A DNA stretch of 39,820 bases. Source: a virus (taxonomy: Duplodnaviria > Caudoviricetes). Position 1 is the stretch's first letter. Every line of letters starts with the position of its first letter. Of this stretch, positions 25,429-35,264 are shown in pieces. The translations under genes were made by a program, and so were the position numbers. The stretch spans positions 1 to 39,820 of the IMG/VR virus record IMGVR_UViG_3300048886_000193. One strand, written 5' to 3'. The notes under the pieces were generated by a model. The model ran no database searches, was not told where the DNA came from, and saw only the letters and a program-made list of their open reading frames with translations.

Positions 25429-27462
25429 TTAGTAAGGGGTGTAGCTGCTGGTATACCATCCAGAGTTTCCAGAGTAATACTCACCGTCATTCAGTACCCA
25501 CTCGGTTCCGTTGTTAGTGATGGTCAGCAACTGTACGCCATATTGGTCAGTGGATGGGTATCCGTAGCAGGACACATTCCACGCGTTGGAGACGCCACCA
25601 CTGTCTGTTCCCTGATACCTATCGTAATTTGAAATAAAATAATCGGTGTTGGTTCCTGTTTTTATCCAGAAATAAGCACTCCCAGTCTCCCTAACATCAA
25701 ATGTGATGCGGCGTCCAATCGGACAGGCACTCGGCCTCGGTATGGTCATTAGTGAGTAGGCAGTTGCTGTCCCGGTTATATTCACCCGCACATACTTATC
25801 CATTCCGTTTTCAGTGATGGAGAGACTCTGGCTTTCGGATGTTATGGTAGACTCAACATCCATCGTGTCACCGTGCATCTTGATGTCACCGGATGTGCCT
25901 ATCTCAAATCTCTTCGTGTCGGGGCTACCCGTTGTCGCGTGATAGCCAATCATAAACTCACCATCCTCATGGCGTCCTACGCCCCAACCGTGGTTGCCGT
26001 CAGCAGAGTTCCTGTAGACGGTCATACATTTCCCGCCACCATTACTGGTAATAAACTCGCTCAGGTTGTGAGTTGTTGTCTGAATTGAAATTGGCCTTGA
26101 ATTGCTGCCTCCTGCCACAACTAACGGATACCCCGGCGCAGACGTCCCGATGCCGACTGAACCGGACGGCACATAGACATCAGCATTGAAGGTAGCGTTA
26201 CCTGCCTCAGACATATCCAGTGTCAGCGCATCTATCTGCGAGCCACCATCTGATCCTCGCAAGATGATGTCGCCATCTGAAACTTGAGCCTTGATTGCTG
26301 CGTTGTTGCCGTCCTTTGTAAATTTACAATAATCGACTCCGTCAGAAATAAAGCGTATATCCGCACCAGCAGCATCCAGCAGGATGTCTCCGCCAACGTC
26401 CAATGTGAACTCACCAGCATCAGAAATAGTTGATCCGTCTATGGTAATATCATCAACGGTAAGGCTGCCTGATGGCGCAGACGTCCCGATGCCGAGTCCC
26501 GTTCCGTCGAGCGTCATTGCGGGGGAATTATTCTGATAGAACGAAACATTGTGGTCGCCTTCAGTGCCGAGAATCAAACCTCCAGATGCTGTGCTTGCAG
26601 CAAAAACCGAAAGTGCGTCTGCTTGATAAACGCCAGTTGAGCTGTAGGAACCTGACTGGCAAGAAATAAGTCCGAGTGCGGTATCTGATGCAACCCTAAC
26701 TTGTGCTGAAGCACTGGTGCCCTCGTATTCGTTGGTTACCTGAGCAGCTGTTTCGTTGTTCACGTCCGTCCTTACCTCTAAATCCCGTGTTGGCAGTGAC
26801 TGATGCGTCCCGATACGGACTTTGCCGTCTTGCTTAATGGCAACTACCTCATCAGAGTCGTCAGACGTTATATAAAACTTGCTGCTTGCTCCGGTTCCTT
26901 CATTGTAAATCTTCCATTCGGTTGACCCTTGATTCTTGAAGTTGATACCTGAAGCACCACCAGAAGAGCCGCTATCAATATTAACAGAGCAACCACTGGC
27001 TCCATAAATATTCAGCATATCAAAGCTATACAATCCGCTTAAATCTGAGATTCCTATGCCGACTCTGCCTGAACCTGCGGTACGGTAAATATCATCCCCG
27101 TAGGATGGATCAGTTTCCACCGACCACAGCGATGAGCCGCCACCGCCAGATGTTAGGTCAGTCTCTGCAACATCATCTGAAATCCAGTAAGGCTTCCCAT
27201 CGGCTTTTGTGTAAAGTATTCCACCGTTTCCAGCAGCAGGGGCAGAGGGCGCGGCAACCTCACTGGATATGTGAATCCTTCCTGCAACTTCAAGCTGTTC
27301 GTCAGGGTCAGTGACTCCGATGCCGAGTCCCGTTGAATCAAAAACGAGGCTGCTGGTTCCTTCAATGGTGGAGGCATCCGTCCAGACGGCGACTTGATTG
27401 TCAGCGGGTGTACCAGATATTGACGTACCGCCTCCACCGCCTGTTGATTTACTTTGACTCAT
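25429..27462 (-). CDS. Tail fibre protein with repeated G-x-(V/L)-G-I-G modules
   Basis: Several GLGIG/VGIG units; Ser/Gly/Thr rich; start at the ATGA overlap at 27462. Confidence 0.8.
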   Translation of the reverse strand: MSQSKSTGGGGGTSISGTPADNQVAVWTDASTIEGTSSLVFDSTGLGIGVTDPDEQLEVAGRIHISSEVAAPSAPAAGNGGILYTKADGKPYWISDDVAETDLTSGGGGSSLWSVETDPSYGDDIYRTAGSGRVGIGISDLSGLYSFDMLNIYGASGCSVNIDSGSSGGASGINFKNQGSTEWKIYNEGTGASSKFYITSDDSDEVVAIKQDGKVRIGTHQSLPTRDLEVRTDVNNETAAQVTNEYEGTSASAQVRVASDTALGLISCQSGSYSSTGVYQADALSVFAASTASGGLILGTEGDHNVSFYQNNSPAMTLDGTGLGIGTSAPSGSLTVDDITIDGSTISDAGEFTLDVGGDILLDAAGADIRFISDGVDYCKFTKDGNNAAIKAQVSDGDIILRGSDGGSQIDALTLDMSEAGNATFNADVYVPSGSVGIGTSAPGYPLVVAGGSNSRPISIQTTTHNLSEFITSNGGGKCMTVYRNSADGNHGWGVGRHEDGEFMIGYHATTGSPDTKRFEIGTSGDIKMHGDTMDVESTITSESQSLSITENGMDKYVRVNITGTATAYSLMTIPRPSACPIGRRITFDVRETGSAYFWIKTGTNTDYFISNYDRYQGTDSGGVSNAWNVSCYGYPSTDQYGVQLLTITNNGTEWVLNDGEYYSGNSGWYTSSYTPY

Positions 27463-27803
27463 ATTATCACCGCCGTAAACCAACAGTCAGAAGCCCCTAA
27501 GGTAAGCGTCGTATCAGTGGTTGAGTTTGCTACATAAATCCCGTTCTCGAAGTTCATGCCCCTTACCGGAATCTCCATATAAAAGTTGTCCTCTGCGGCA
27601 ATGAATATTGGATGTATCGCTGGTGCAGTGCCGTTACTAACAGCAGTCTTGCTATCGAATACCATCACCCATTGTGCGCTTGTGTTTTTAGATGACCCAA
27701 GAAGTCCCAGCATTACACCGCCGCCCCTCCTGACTATTAGATCGTTGTCCCAAGTTGTGTTGGATACGGGACGCCCTACATCGTTAATATCTTCTCTAGG
27801 CAT
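27459..27803 (-). CDS. Putative small structural (head decoration-like) protein
   Basis: Beta-rich, GMNFENGIYV; lies between capsid and fibre genes. Confidence 0.55.
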   Translation of the reverse strand: MPREDINDVGRPVSNTTWDNDLIVRRGGGVMLGLLGSSKNTSAQWVMVFDSKTAVSNGTAPAIHPIFIAAEDNFYMEIPVRGMNFENGIYVANSTTDTTLTLGASDCWFTAVII

Positions 27804-28060
27804 TAGTTACTCCATGCGTTTTTAATTTGTTTCTTGCTGAATTCAGACTTCCACCTGCTGCCGCCCGAACACTCCTGCTTGTAGTATCCCTTCAGTACCC
27901 CCTCCTTCATGCTGGCTGGGTTGGAGGCTACTCCTGTTAGGGAAATTGGTTGGGGTGCGGTAATCCTCTTGAATCCGTTGGGGCACTTATCCTTATCCTT
28001 GGGGAGCTTCAACTCCTCTATTCTCTCCCCCTTGTCGTTCTCGTAAACGTATAGCGGCAT
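27803..28060 (-). CDS. FmdB-like protein with degenerate zinc ribbon
   Basis: MPLYVYE...CP...KR N-terminus lacking the first Cys pair. Confidence 0.5.
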   Translation of the reverse strand: MPLYVYENDKGERIEELKLPKDKDKCPNGFKRITAPQPISLTGVASNPASMKEGVLKGYYKQECSGGSRWKSEFSKKQIKNAWSN

Positions 28061-28100
28061 AAAAATTAAAGACCGAGGGAGTTTCTTAGGCTCCCCCAGT
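28061..28100 (-). terminator. Rho-independent terminator after the major capsid gene
   Basis: Minus strand ACTGGGGGAG-loop-CTCCCTCGGT (10 bp, 2 G-U) followed by CTTTAATTTTT. Confidence 0.7.
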
Positions 28101-28115
28101 TGTTAATAACTAGAC

Positions 28116-29129
28116 TTACGATCCACCGTGCGAGTAAGCAGACTTTGAGCGCAAGACGATGAACCAGTTTTCGTTCAACACCTTGGCACAGTAGTGTGCT
28201 TTCCAGCCGATTGTCGTGGTTTGGTTAAGCGGATCGCTCTTATCGGGAGTATCCGTAATAACTATCGACGGAGACTTCGGTGATTCACCAGCTAATGCCG
28301 GAACACCAAAGGCGTCACCACCCAAGACAATAGATGAGAACACATCGCCAGAAGCATTGTAGGTTCCCTTGTCTGCGGCTGATCCCTCGATATAAGGATT
28401 TGTGTCCTCGATTACCTTGACACCGTGGAACGATCCCACTTCGCCCTTAAACAAACCTTGAACAGCACTGTACTTATGGGCTTCGAGCCAGTCAGAGTTG
28501 TTCATTAGGTCGCGTGTTACCTGCGGTGAAGCAATCATCACATACTGCCCAGCAATTTGGGGAGCACGGTTAATCTTCAACTGGGTAACACTGTCCAATA
28601 GGTCGGTTGCGTCAATCTTACCGTTCGCATCCGTCAAGGCATCCAGCTCGGCAAACGTGGTTGCTCCACCGGAATACTTCTTGGTGCGACTGTCACTCTC
28701 GTCCGTGTCACCGGAATTAACCAGCTCGTTGCGGATGAGGTTGTCACAGTATAACGCAGCGTCCTCACCATTTGTTTTGATGGCTTGGGACATGATGTTT
28801 AGTAACGAGGTAGCGTTGAGTACGTCCGTTACAGCGATTACCTGACCGACTTGGTTCAGAGTCGCCTCGACGTACGCAAGCGTTAACTCACGATATGCGC
28901 TAGATGCCATCGCGGTTCCTTCAGTAAGGTCTACCACGCTGGCTGCTGATGGTTCATTAAAGCGGAAGAATCGGATAGTTTGAGCACCAGCATTCTTAGG
29001 TAGTGGTGCGGTCTTTCCAAACTCAGCTTTTCGTAAACCCTGTACCGCGTAATCTAACAACTGCTTACTGAAGTATGTTTGATACTCGTCTGCAATCGAC
29101 GCGGGGTTGGTTGTTGATAGTGTAGCCAT
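28116..29129 (-). CDS. Major capsid protein, N4-gp56 family (HK97 fold)
   Basis: LPKNAG.TIRF.R, LTEG, GEVG...GV, DPLNQ..TIGWK motifs; follows scaffold. Confidence 0.9.
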   Translation of the reverse strand: MATLSTTNPASIADEYQTYFSKQLLDYAVQGLRKAEFGKTAPLPKNAGAQTIRFFRFNEPSAASVVDLTEGTAMASSAYRELTLAYVEATLNQVGQVIAVTDVLNATSLLNIMSQAIKTNGEDAALYCDNLIRNELVNSGDTDESDSRTKKYSGGATTFAELDALTDANGKIDATDLLDSVTQLKINRAPQIAGQYVMIASPQVTRDLMNNSDWLEAHKYSAVQGLFKGEVGSFHGVKVIEDTNPYIEGSAADKGTYNASGDVFSSIVLGGDAFGVPALAGESPKSPSIVITDTPDKSDPLNQTTTIGWKAHYCAKVLNENWFIVLRSKSAYSHGGS

Positions 29130-29152
29130 AATTTAATATATGCACTTGTATA

Positions 29153-30121
29153 TCAGTAGCCCCCAGCAGCATCCACCTCCGCAGCCCTTCTTTGTAGGTT
29201 GGCGAACTGCTCCTCAGGAGTCATGTCTGCGAACCCTTTCGGGGCTTGTGGCGCACCTGTTGGGTCTGAACCACCGATAGATAGTTTAGACTTTAGACCA
29301 GCATTCTCATCACTGAGCGCACTAATCTGTTCCCGAAGCTCATTGGACTGTTCGGATGACATCTTCATTGCAACTATATCGGCTGCGTCAATGATGCCCC
29401 CAGAATATGTCGCGAGAACCGGACGTTCCTGTAGCAAACCATTAACCGCTTTTCGGAAAACAGAATCGGACTCACGTAACTCCGGATAAGAGTCAGCGGC
29501 CCTGTCAAAGTTGTCCGACCACTCTCGCTTGAATGAGTCATCCACCTTTGCCACCTGTTGCCCCCTAGCCTGTTCCTTAACTGACTCAGCTTGCCTCATA
29601 GCCTCTTCAGCTAATTTGTGCTCACCTTCCAGTTCAAAGCTCTTGGCTGCGGCTTCATAATCTGCTGCGGTACTTCCATCCTCATCAACAAACTCTTCAG
29701 GCTTGGCCTTTTCGTTCAGGATGCCTCTCAGCTCCTCAACTTCACGCCTCATTTCCTCAACCTCACCCTTCTTGGCGTTCAATTTCTTCCAAGAATCGTT
29801 CAGTCGCCCTTCAGACTTTGCCATTCGGCTGTCCGTAGCTTCACTTTCAGAAGAGCTGCTTTCGACTTCAGGAGGCCCAGCGGCCAGATCAGGGACAGGT
29901 TCTTCCAGCGGTGCTTCTTCTGCCTTTGGTTCGGCTTTCGGTTCCTCTTTTGGAGGTTCTTCCTGCTTCTTACCCGCCTCAGACGGGGATTCCTTCCGGC
30001 TTAAGATTTCCGCTGCTGGTACTTCTGCTGGGTTTTGCCCCTCATCGTACCCTGACAACTTGTCCTGTTCAGCAGCCATTTGTTGTAGCTGCTCCAATGT
30101 CGTAACATTCTCTTCACTCAT
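29153..30121 (-). CDS. Capsid scaffolding protein
   Basis: Acidic disordered N-terminus, coiled coil, C-terminal FADMTPEEQ; directly upstream of the capsid gene. Confidence 0.75.
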   Translation of the reverse strand: MSEENVTTLEQLQQMAAEQDKLSGYDEGQNPAEVPAAEILSRKESPSEAGKKQEEPPKEEPKAEPKAEEAPLEEPVPDLAAGPPEVESSSSESEATDSRMAKSEGRLNDSWKKLNAKKGEVEEMRREVEELRGILNEKAKPEEFVDEDGSTAADYEAAAKSFELEGEHKLAEEAMRQAESVKEQARGQQVAKVDDSFKREWSDNFDRAADSYPELRESDSVFRKAVNGLLQERPVLATYSGGIIDAADIVAMKMSSEQSNELREQISALSDENAGLKSKLSIGGSDPTGAPQAPKGFADMTPEEQFANLQRRAAEVDAAGGY

Positions 30122-30212
30122 TACTTTAGTGCATTTCATCAAGGCAACCCGCACACCTGCTGCCCTGTATGTATCTACTATTCAATCACGCCCCGATACA
30201 AAAACGTAAATG

Positions 30213-30536
30213 TTATTGGCGAATAAGTTCGGATAGATCAGGCTCGCCATCATCCTGACTCCCGTAAAGTTCGGAGTCGGCCAGACCTTCTAGGCTTGAC
30301 ACAGCTCCTCTAAAACCATTAGCAAAACCCGCTTCAAAGGCAAGGTCTTTTTTACTCTGAATACATCGCGAGTTGATCCGTAAGGTCATGTTCGTCAACG
30401 TACCCTTAAGCTTTATACCAGTATCAGACGCCAAAAACTGACTAAACCTCTTGGCATCATCTATCTCCCATGACGGCTCATCCACCCATTCGACTGATTT
30501 AGCGAACAGAAGCATGGCCTTTATCTTTCTAAGCAT
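30213..30536 (-). CDS. Hypothetical head-module protein (107 aa)
   Basis: Occupies the usual slot between portal and scaffold. Confidence 0.7.
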   Translation of the reverse strand: MLRKIKAMLLFAKSVEWVDEPSWEIDDAKRFSQFLASDTGIKLKGTLTNMTLRINSRCIQSKKDLAFEAGFANGFRGAVSSLEGLADSELYGSQDDGEPDLSELIRQ

Positions 30537-31126
30537 ATTGTATTTCCTTTACTCATGTTTTCTTTAACCCACATGGGCTTCAAATTACTAAAGTGCCAAC
30601 AAGCGTCAACTTCCTTGGGGTTGTCGTAGTCAAATGCGCTTATTGGGATATGGTGATCCACGACCCAGACCTTCCCATAATTCTGCCAAGTCATGCCCTT
30701 CTTGAACTGAACCTCCATGTGCCTGTTTAGATGTCCCTTGTCGCATCCTATGAAGTCCATCGTGTTCTTGCTCTTCCCTCTCATTATTGAGCTTAATCTG
30801 CTCCTAAGGTTCTTAACCATTCTGGCTCTGGAGTTGCCCTTGAAATATTCTCGCCTCTTTGCATTCAGTATTTCCCTGTACGTTTTGTAGTATTTTGCCT
30901 GTCGCTCGCGGCATTCTTTCCAGTTGGCATGATAGTGCTCCCTGCGAACATCCTTAAGATGCTCCCTATTCTTCAGGTAATATTCCCGCTGCTGCTTCCG
31001 TACCCTCTCTCTGTTTTCTTCATAATACTTTCTGTTCTTCCTAGATACTTTGGCCTTGTTCTTGAGGTAATACTCCTGACTCCGCGTTAGCTTGCCCTTC
31101 ACCACCAATGGCTCCTTGACGCTCAT
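30521..31126 (-). CDS. HNH-type homing endonuclease-like protein (start uncertain)
   Basis: YY-x-x-N-R/K-E repeats followed by GMTWQNYG.VW.VDH.IP...CWHFSNLKPMW..ENMSKGN. Confidence 0.8.
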   Translation of the reverse strand: MSVKEPLVVKGKLTRSQEYYLKNKAKVSRKNRKYYEENRERVRKQQREYYLKNREHLKDVRREHYHANWKECRERQAKYYKTYREILNAKRREYFKGNSRARMVKNLRSRLSSIMRGKSKNTMDFIGCDKGHLNRHMEVQFKKGMTWQNYGKVWVVDHHIPISAFDYDNPKEVDACWHFSNLKPMWVKENMSKGNTICLER

Positions 31127-32912
31127 CCAGTAATGACTGCGCTGATTCACCGAGTTGTTTCCTCAGTTGCTTTGCCGCATTTGCATCCACCTGTTCATAG
31201 GCTTTCAGCAATTCGTCAAGGCGCATCATTACTAGCTGTTGGGTTTGCTCTGACACTTCCTCGCCACTACTCATCTTATTATCCAAATACTGTATTAGCA
31301 CATTTATCCGTAGCTCAAATTGCTCGTTACCTCTGACCGGAACTGGGAAACCCGTCTCAATGATCGAAAGGTTGTTGGCCTCTTCAAGTGCCTCATGCTG
31401 TTGTCGCATCTGTGGGTCAAGGAACATTCTTCGCACCAAGCTTGGGTCGTCCAGCTCAAGTATAGAGCGATCCAGTTCTGCCTGATTGATAAACGGTGAT
31501 CCTGCGAACAACTGCTTGCGGGTCATTGCCTGTTGCAGCTTTAGCATTCGGTTCTGACTGTCCGGCCCACCCTTCGGCTCTATCACGTAATCACCCATAA
31601 AGGCGTCCGGCTTCAGGCTACCAGTGTCTTCCCTGTACCTATACTCCAAATCCGACTTCTTGTACTGAAGGTAAAGCTCCCACGACTGCCTATACAACAT
31701 ACCCAGAGACAGTCTGAACACCCTAGCTCTTAGGTCATTCGATTCGGCCATCAGCCCACTAATCGCATTGATCTCTGTTGCTGTCCTTCTGTCGCCCCTA
31801 TCCTTCATCGACTGAACACCAAAGTCCGGCATACCAATTCTCTGCTCGGCTATCAATCTGGTTGACTGAATCTCCTCATCCCAGCTAACCGGAGGTCTTG
31901 GCATTTGAACCGGAGCCAATCCGACTGGCAATATCTGTGCGGGGGAAAGTCTGATGTTGCTGCTGTTCGGTATATCCCTGTCAGTCTGGAACATCGGCCT
32001 GTTGAATAAAGTCATCGCGTCGTGCTTGTCATTCCACATCTTACAGATAGAAGCCTCGAACGGGCCAACGATTTCACACACCCCCCTCGGAGAATACCAA
32101 CCCTTATCCTTAACCTCATAGGAGAAGTCAACAAAGGGGTAGTTGCCGTGGTTATAGTCCAGCTCCATCGGTGGCCTTAAATCCATATCGGGAACCTCTG
32201 GGCAGAAAGACTTAACCGAAACCTTACCGTCCTTCTTCTCGTAGACCTCCCAGATCACAACCTTGCCCAAGTCGGAGTGATACGTTATTCCCTCTCTCCT
32301 GTACTTATTTATCTCACTCTCCTCGCTGTTGCCCGCCTTTGCCCGCTTGGACTGTAGCAACTCAGCATCCGCATCGGAATACATTGGGTTATCCCTAAAG
32401 GAGTCTAGGCTCATCTGCATTATGTGGACGATCCGTTCCGAGTCCTGAAGAGTCTTGGTGCGATCCGGAACCACTACCATGAGGGGATCAATCGAATCAT
32501 ACTGGACGGCCTTCTTCTCAGCGTCCCAAAAAACCTTCATCACCGCACGCCCACTCATCAGGCAATGATCCACCCAAGTCAGGGCTTCGTTGAGGAAGTT
32601 GGTCTTCTCCTTGATCTGGTAGTCAAACCAACGCTCGGCAGTAACAGTAAGCCCGTTGTCCTGCTGCCTCATCGGAGCAAAGGAAGCAATGGTATCCATC
32701 CCGACCACCTGCATAAAGTAAAACGGCTTAAGCCTCTCGATAACGGCATCGGCCAGCGGGAAGTGAAGATCGCTCGCATTGCTCCACGGCTTGTTCTTTC
32801 TCCTAAGCCCCTGATGGCGCATCTCATACCAGAGTGATTGACGTTGCTCCCATCGGGTTCTGTCCTGAACGTCCTTGATTATCTTTTCGTGTAATTCTGT
32901 TCTCTCACTCAT
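31041..32912 (-). CDS. Portal protein
   Basis: 623 aa downstream of terminase; G.AVMKV.W, YPFV, RTATEI motifs of P22/podovirus-type portals. Confidence 0.88.
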   Translation of the reverse strand: MSERTELHEKIIKDVQDRTRWEQRQSLWYEMRHQGLRRKNKPWSNASDLHFPLADAVIERLKPFYFMQVVGMDTIASFAPMRQQDNGLTVTAERWFDYQIKEKTNFLNEALTWVDHCLMSGRAVMKVFWDAEKKAVQYDSIDPLMVVVPDRTKTLQDSERIVHIMQMSLDSFRDNPMYSDADAELLQSKRAKAGNSEESEINKYRREGITYHSDLGKVVIWEVYEKKDGKVSVKSFCPEVPDMDLRPPMELDYNHGNYPFVDFSYEVKDKGWYSPRGVCEIVGPFEASICKMWNDKHDAMTLFNRPMFQTDRDIPNSSNIRLSPAQILPVGLAPVQMPRPPVSWDEEIQSTRLIAEQRIGMPDFGVQSMKDRGDRRTATEINAISGLMAESNDLRARVFRLSLGMLYRQSWELYLQYKKSDLEYRYREDTGSLKPDAFMGDYVIEPKGGPDSQNRMLKLQQAMTRKQLFAGSPFINQAELDRSILELDDPSLVRRMFLDPQMRQQHEALEEANNLSIIETGFPVPVRGNEQFELRINVLIQYLDNKMSSGEEVSEQTQQLVMMRLDELLKAYEQVDANAAKQLRKQLGESAQSLLDERQGAIGGEGQANAESGVLPQEQGQSI

Positions 32913-33132
32913 CGTCTATCCTTAGTTGGAATTCCAAGTCGTTTATTGTGTGCAGAGCCTCAGTGGCCCACCTTTTAACATTCGCCCCAGAATCTTTGAT
33001 GTCCTGAAACTCCTGTAACTTCATTAACCTTTTAACATTCCCCTCCGGCAATCGCGTTATAGGGAGGGGATTAAAGCTACCGCAACTCGTCGTCAATAAT
33101 ATCAGCAGTGCGCCTGTGAACTTCAGCAGCAT
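32905..33132 (-). CDS. Lipoprotein, putative o-spanin (75 aa)
   Basis: MLLKFTGALLILLTTS-C signal peptide and lipobox-like Cys; begins inside the upstream TM gene in another frame. Confidence 0.65.
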   Translation of the reverse strand: MLLKFTGALLILLTTSCGSFNPLPITRLPEGNVKRLMKLQEFQDIKDSGANVKRWATEALHTINDLEFQLRIDDE

Positions 33133-33238
33133 TTTGATCCTTCTTTTCCTTTTTAGTCGCAGCTCTGTTATTAAGCCACCAAAGCCAAATAGCAAGCCCA
33201 GAACCAGCCATTCCCAATATTCCTTCTATCCACCCCAT
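33077..33238 (-). CDS. Single-TM protein, putative i-spanin (53 aa), absent from the ORF track
   Basis: Hand translation MGWIEGILGMAGSGLAIWLWWLNNRAATKKEKKDQNAAEVHRRTADIIDDELR. Confidence 0.65.
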   Translation of the reverse strand: MGWIEGILGMAGSGLAIWLWWLNNRAATKKEKKDQNAAEVHRRTADIIDDELR

Positions 33239-33373
33239 AAGTCAATGTACGGACGCTTTGTTTCAAGACCCTTCAGAGAGTAGGGTTGTCACGGAATCTC
33301 TCCGCACACCATACGCGCCCGTACCCACCGAGTATCGTTAATTAGCTGTTCATCACTCAAACATAAAATTCAT

Positions 33374-33453
33374 TCTCCGAAGTCTCCATTTTCCTCCAAG
33401 ATACTCACACCAGAGTAGAGTATAATAGAATAGACTAGATTAGATTAGATTAT
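33374..33453. repeat. Phased CTCC x3 + ATACTCAC + (TAGAN)-type pentamer x8 element, copy A
   Basis: YCTCC at 33374, 33383, 33393; ACTCA at 33403; pentamers at 33411-33450. Confidence 0.85.
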
Positions 33454-33728
33454 CCTCTATACCCCATACGCCAAAGGAGCTTTGAGATATTTGATGCTGA
33501 GATGTCAACCCACTCCTCTTCGCTTGATTCCTTAATGCTTGGGTACTCAGCGTGAAGGCATTCATGGATAATAACCTCCATCCTGTACCTTCCCTTTATC
33601 TTAGGGCTTATTGTTATCGACTTCTCGTCTTCCTCCGAAGGATTATCAGAATCACAGCAAAGCCCGTCAATATCCTCAATCAGTATCTTAAACTTTCCAG
33701 TGCTGAAGTCGTGTGTTCGTATCGCCAT
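33450..33728 (-). CDS. Small zincin-like metallopeptidase
   Basis: EVIIHECLHA (HExxH) with downstream EEWV. Confidence 0.7.
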   Translation of the reverse strand: MAIRTHDFSTGKFKILIEDIDGLCCDSDNPSEEDEKSITISPKIKGRYRMEVIIHECLHAEYPSIKESSEEEWVDISASNISKLLWRMGYRG

Positions 33729-35233
33729 TATCCAGCCTCCATGCCTCCAACCCCATACTCCGAGGTGTAGGCATCCTCATTCTCCGGCCATATCAGATCA
33801 AACAGGCTCTTCCTACCGCGACGTACCGCCAAGTTGTTAATACCACCACAAGCCAAACATCCCACCAAAGCGTCAGCCCTGTCAGGAGAACTAATGCCGC
33901 GCTTCCTCATATCTTCCTTCCTCTCCAACATTAGCTTACCACTGCTATTAGTCTTACCCAATCTGGTCGTAAGCTGCTCAACAAGCATATCATCCTCCGG
34001 CAACCTGATCTCAGCCTTCTCTATCATCCTCGCAGACTCATACCACATCTCAGCACCCCTGTTGCCATAATGACGGGAATCATACGCCTTGGCTCCATTA
34101 TTAACCCTGTGCACCGTCCAACCGGATTCCATCAAGGCATCACACATCGGAATACCCAAGCCCCCAGCATCAGCATATATCTGGTCGGCTTCCAATCCGT
34201 ATTTACGATACTCCATAATAAACCTACCCACCGTCTCCATAGTGTTCCTCTCCTTCCAACACTTCATGGGCAGAACCTCGTTACCCTCCCTCACGCAAAG
34301 CACATTCTCGTCACCGCCAGCCGCAAAGTCGCAAAACGCAACCTTGCTGCCACCCTGCTTCGTCGGAGGATTGGCGTAGCAATACTGTAATGTGTTATAA
34401 GGCACCACAATATTCTCTGACCCTAAGTCCATAAACTCCCCGTAAATCATCGACCTCACTAAGGGATGCTCTATGCCCCACTTCTCCGTCTGCTCATCAA
34501 TCCAGTCCTTAGGTATGTGTGGGCAATCAAACGCCGTAACACTATGGGTGTCCCAGAAACTCGCCTCCTTGGTAAACGCCCTGTAAAAAGCACCTTGAGG
34601 GCCACCGGGACTTGACATAACCAGTAACCTACTAGGCTGACACCGCGCAATAGCCTCATAGATCGTGTCCGGAACCGTCTTAGCCTCATCAACCACCATC
34701 AAAAGGTTATCTGTCGGCCCCTGCCTATGCCAACCCTCGAACTTACCTGCATCATTCGTACTAAAACCAATCGCCCTAGACCCGTTAGCGTGCTCCAACT
34801 CATTGCTAGTGATCCTCCACCCGTCACCTAACATAGCTACATACTTCCTTAGCGAAGGCCATAGCTGATCCTCCACCTGACGCCACACCCCAGCAGTCGT
34901 AATCGTCAAGCTCTGAGGGAATCTCATCATATGCCACAGGATAGCCGCTGCTGCGACCACAGCCGTCTTCCCTGAGCCGTTCGCAGCCTTCATGGCCACT
35001 TTGCTCTCCTTGAAATTTAAGTCCCTTAGAACGCGAATTTGCCACTCATACGGCTTCATACCTAAGAATAGCTCAGGAAAGTTCTCCAAATAGGCAGCTC
35101 TCTGTACCAAAGCCGCCTTGGATAGCTTCTTATCGCCCTTCTTAGTGACGCTAGACCGTATTGTTTCCGCAGATTTCTTGGATACTTTAGCGGATTTAAG
35201 GGGTTTATTTAACTTGAGACCCGATTTTTTCAT
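33728..35233 (-). CDS. terL: Terminase large subunit
   Basis: Walker A AANGSGKT, Walker B LMVVDEA, nuclease motifs DFAAGGD and SPDRADAL; start placed at ATG 35233. Confidence 0.95.
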   Translation of the reverse strand: MKKSGLKLNKPLKSAKVSKKSAETIRSSVTKKGDKKLSKAALVQRAAYLENFPELFLGMKPYEWQIRVLRDLNFKESKVAMKAANGSGKTAVVAAAAILWHMMRFPQSLTITTAGVWRQVEDQLWPSLRKYVAMLGDGWRITSNELEHANGSRAIGFSTNDAGKFEGWHRQGPTDNLLMVVDEAKTVPDTIYEAIARCQPSRLLVMSSPGGPQGAFYRAFTKEASFWDTHSVTAFDCPHIPKDWIDEQTEKWGIEHPLVRSMIYGEFMDLGSENIVVPYNTLQYCYANPPTKQGGSKVAFCDFAAGGDENVLCVREGNEVLPMKCWKERNTMETVGRFIMEYRKYGLEADQIYADAGGLGIPMCDALMESGWTVHRVNNGAKAYDSRHYGNRGAEMWYESARMIEKAEIRLPEDDMLVEQLTTRLGKTNSSGKLMLERKEDMRKRGISSPDRADALVGCLACGGINNLAVRRGRKSLFDLIWPENEDAYTSEYGVGGMEAG

Positions 35234-35264
35234 GCTCCGATTTTGTGAGGGGGGTATATATATA

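Noticed and set aside
29140-30134. 7-bp inverted repeat ATGCACT/AGTGCAT flanking the scaffold gene
   Set aside because: Too short to distinguish from chance without conservation data.
7346-35045. Numerous plus-strand ORFs antisense to the late genes
   Set aside because: Shadow ORFs of long minus-strand genes, with no recognisable motifs.
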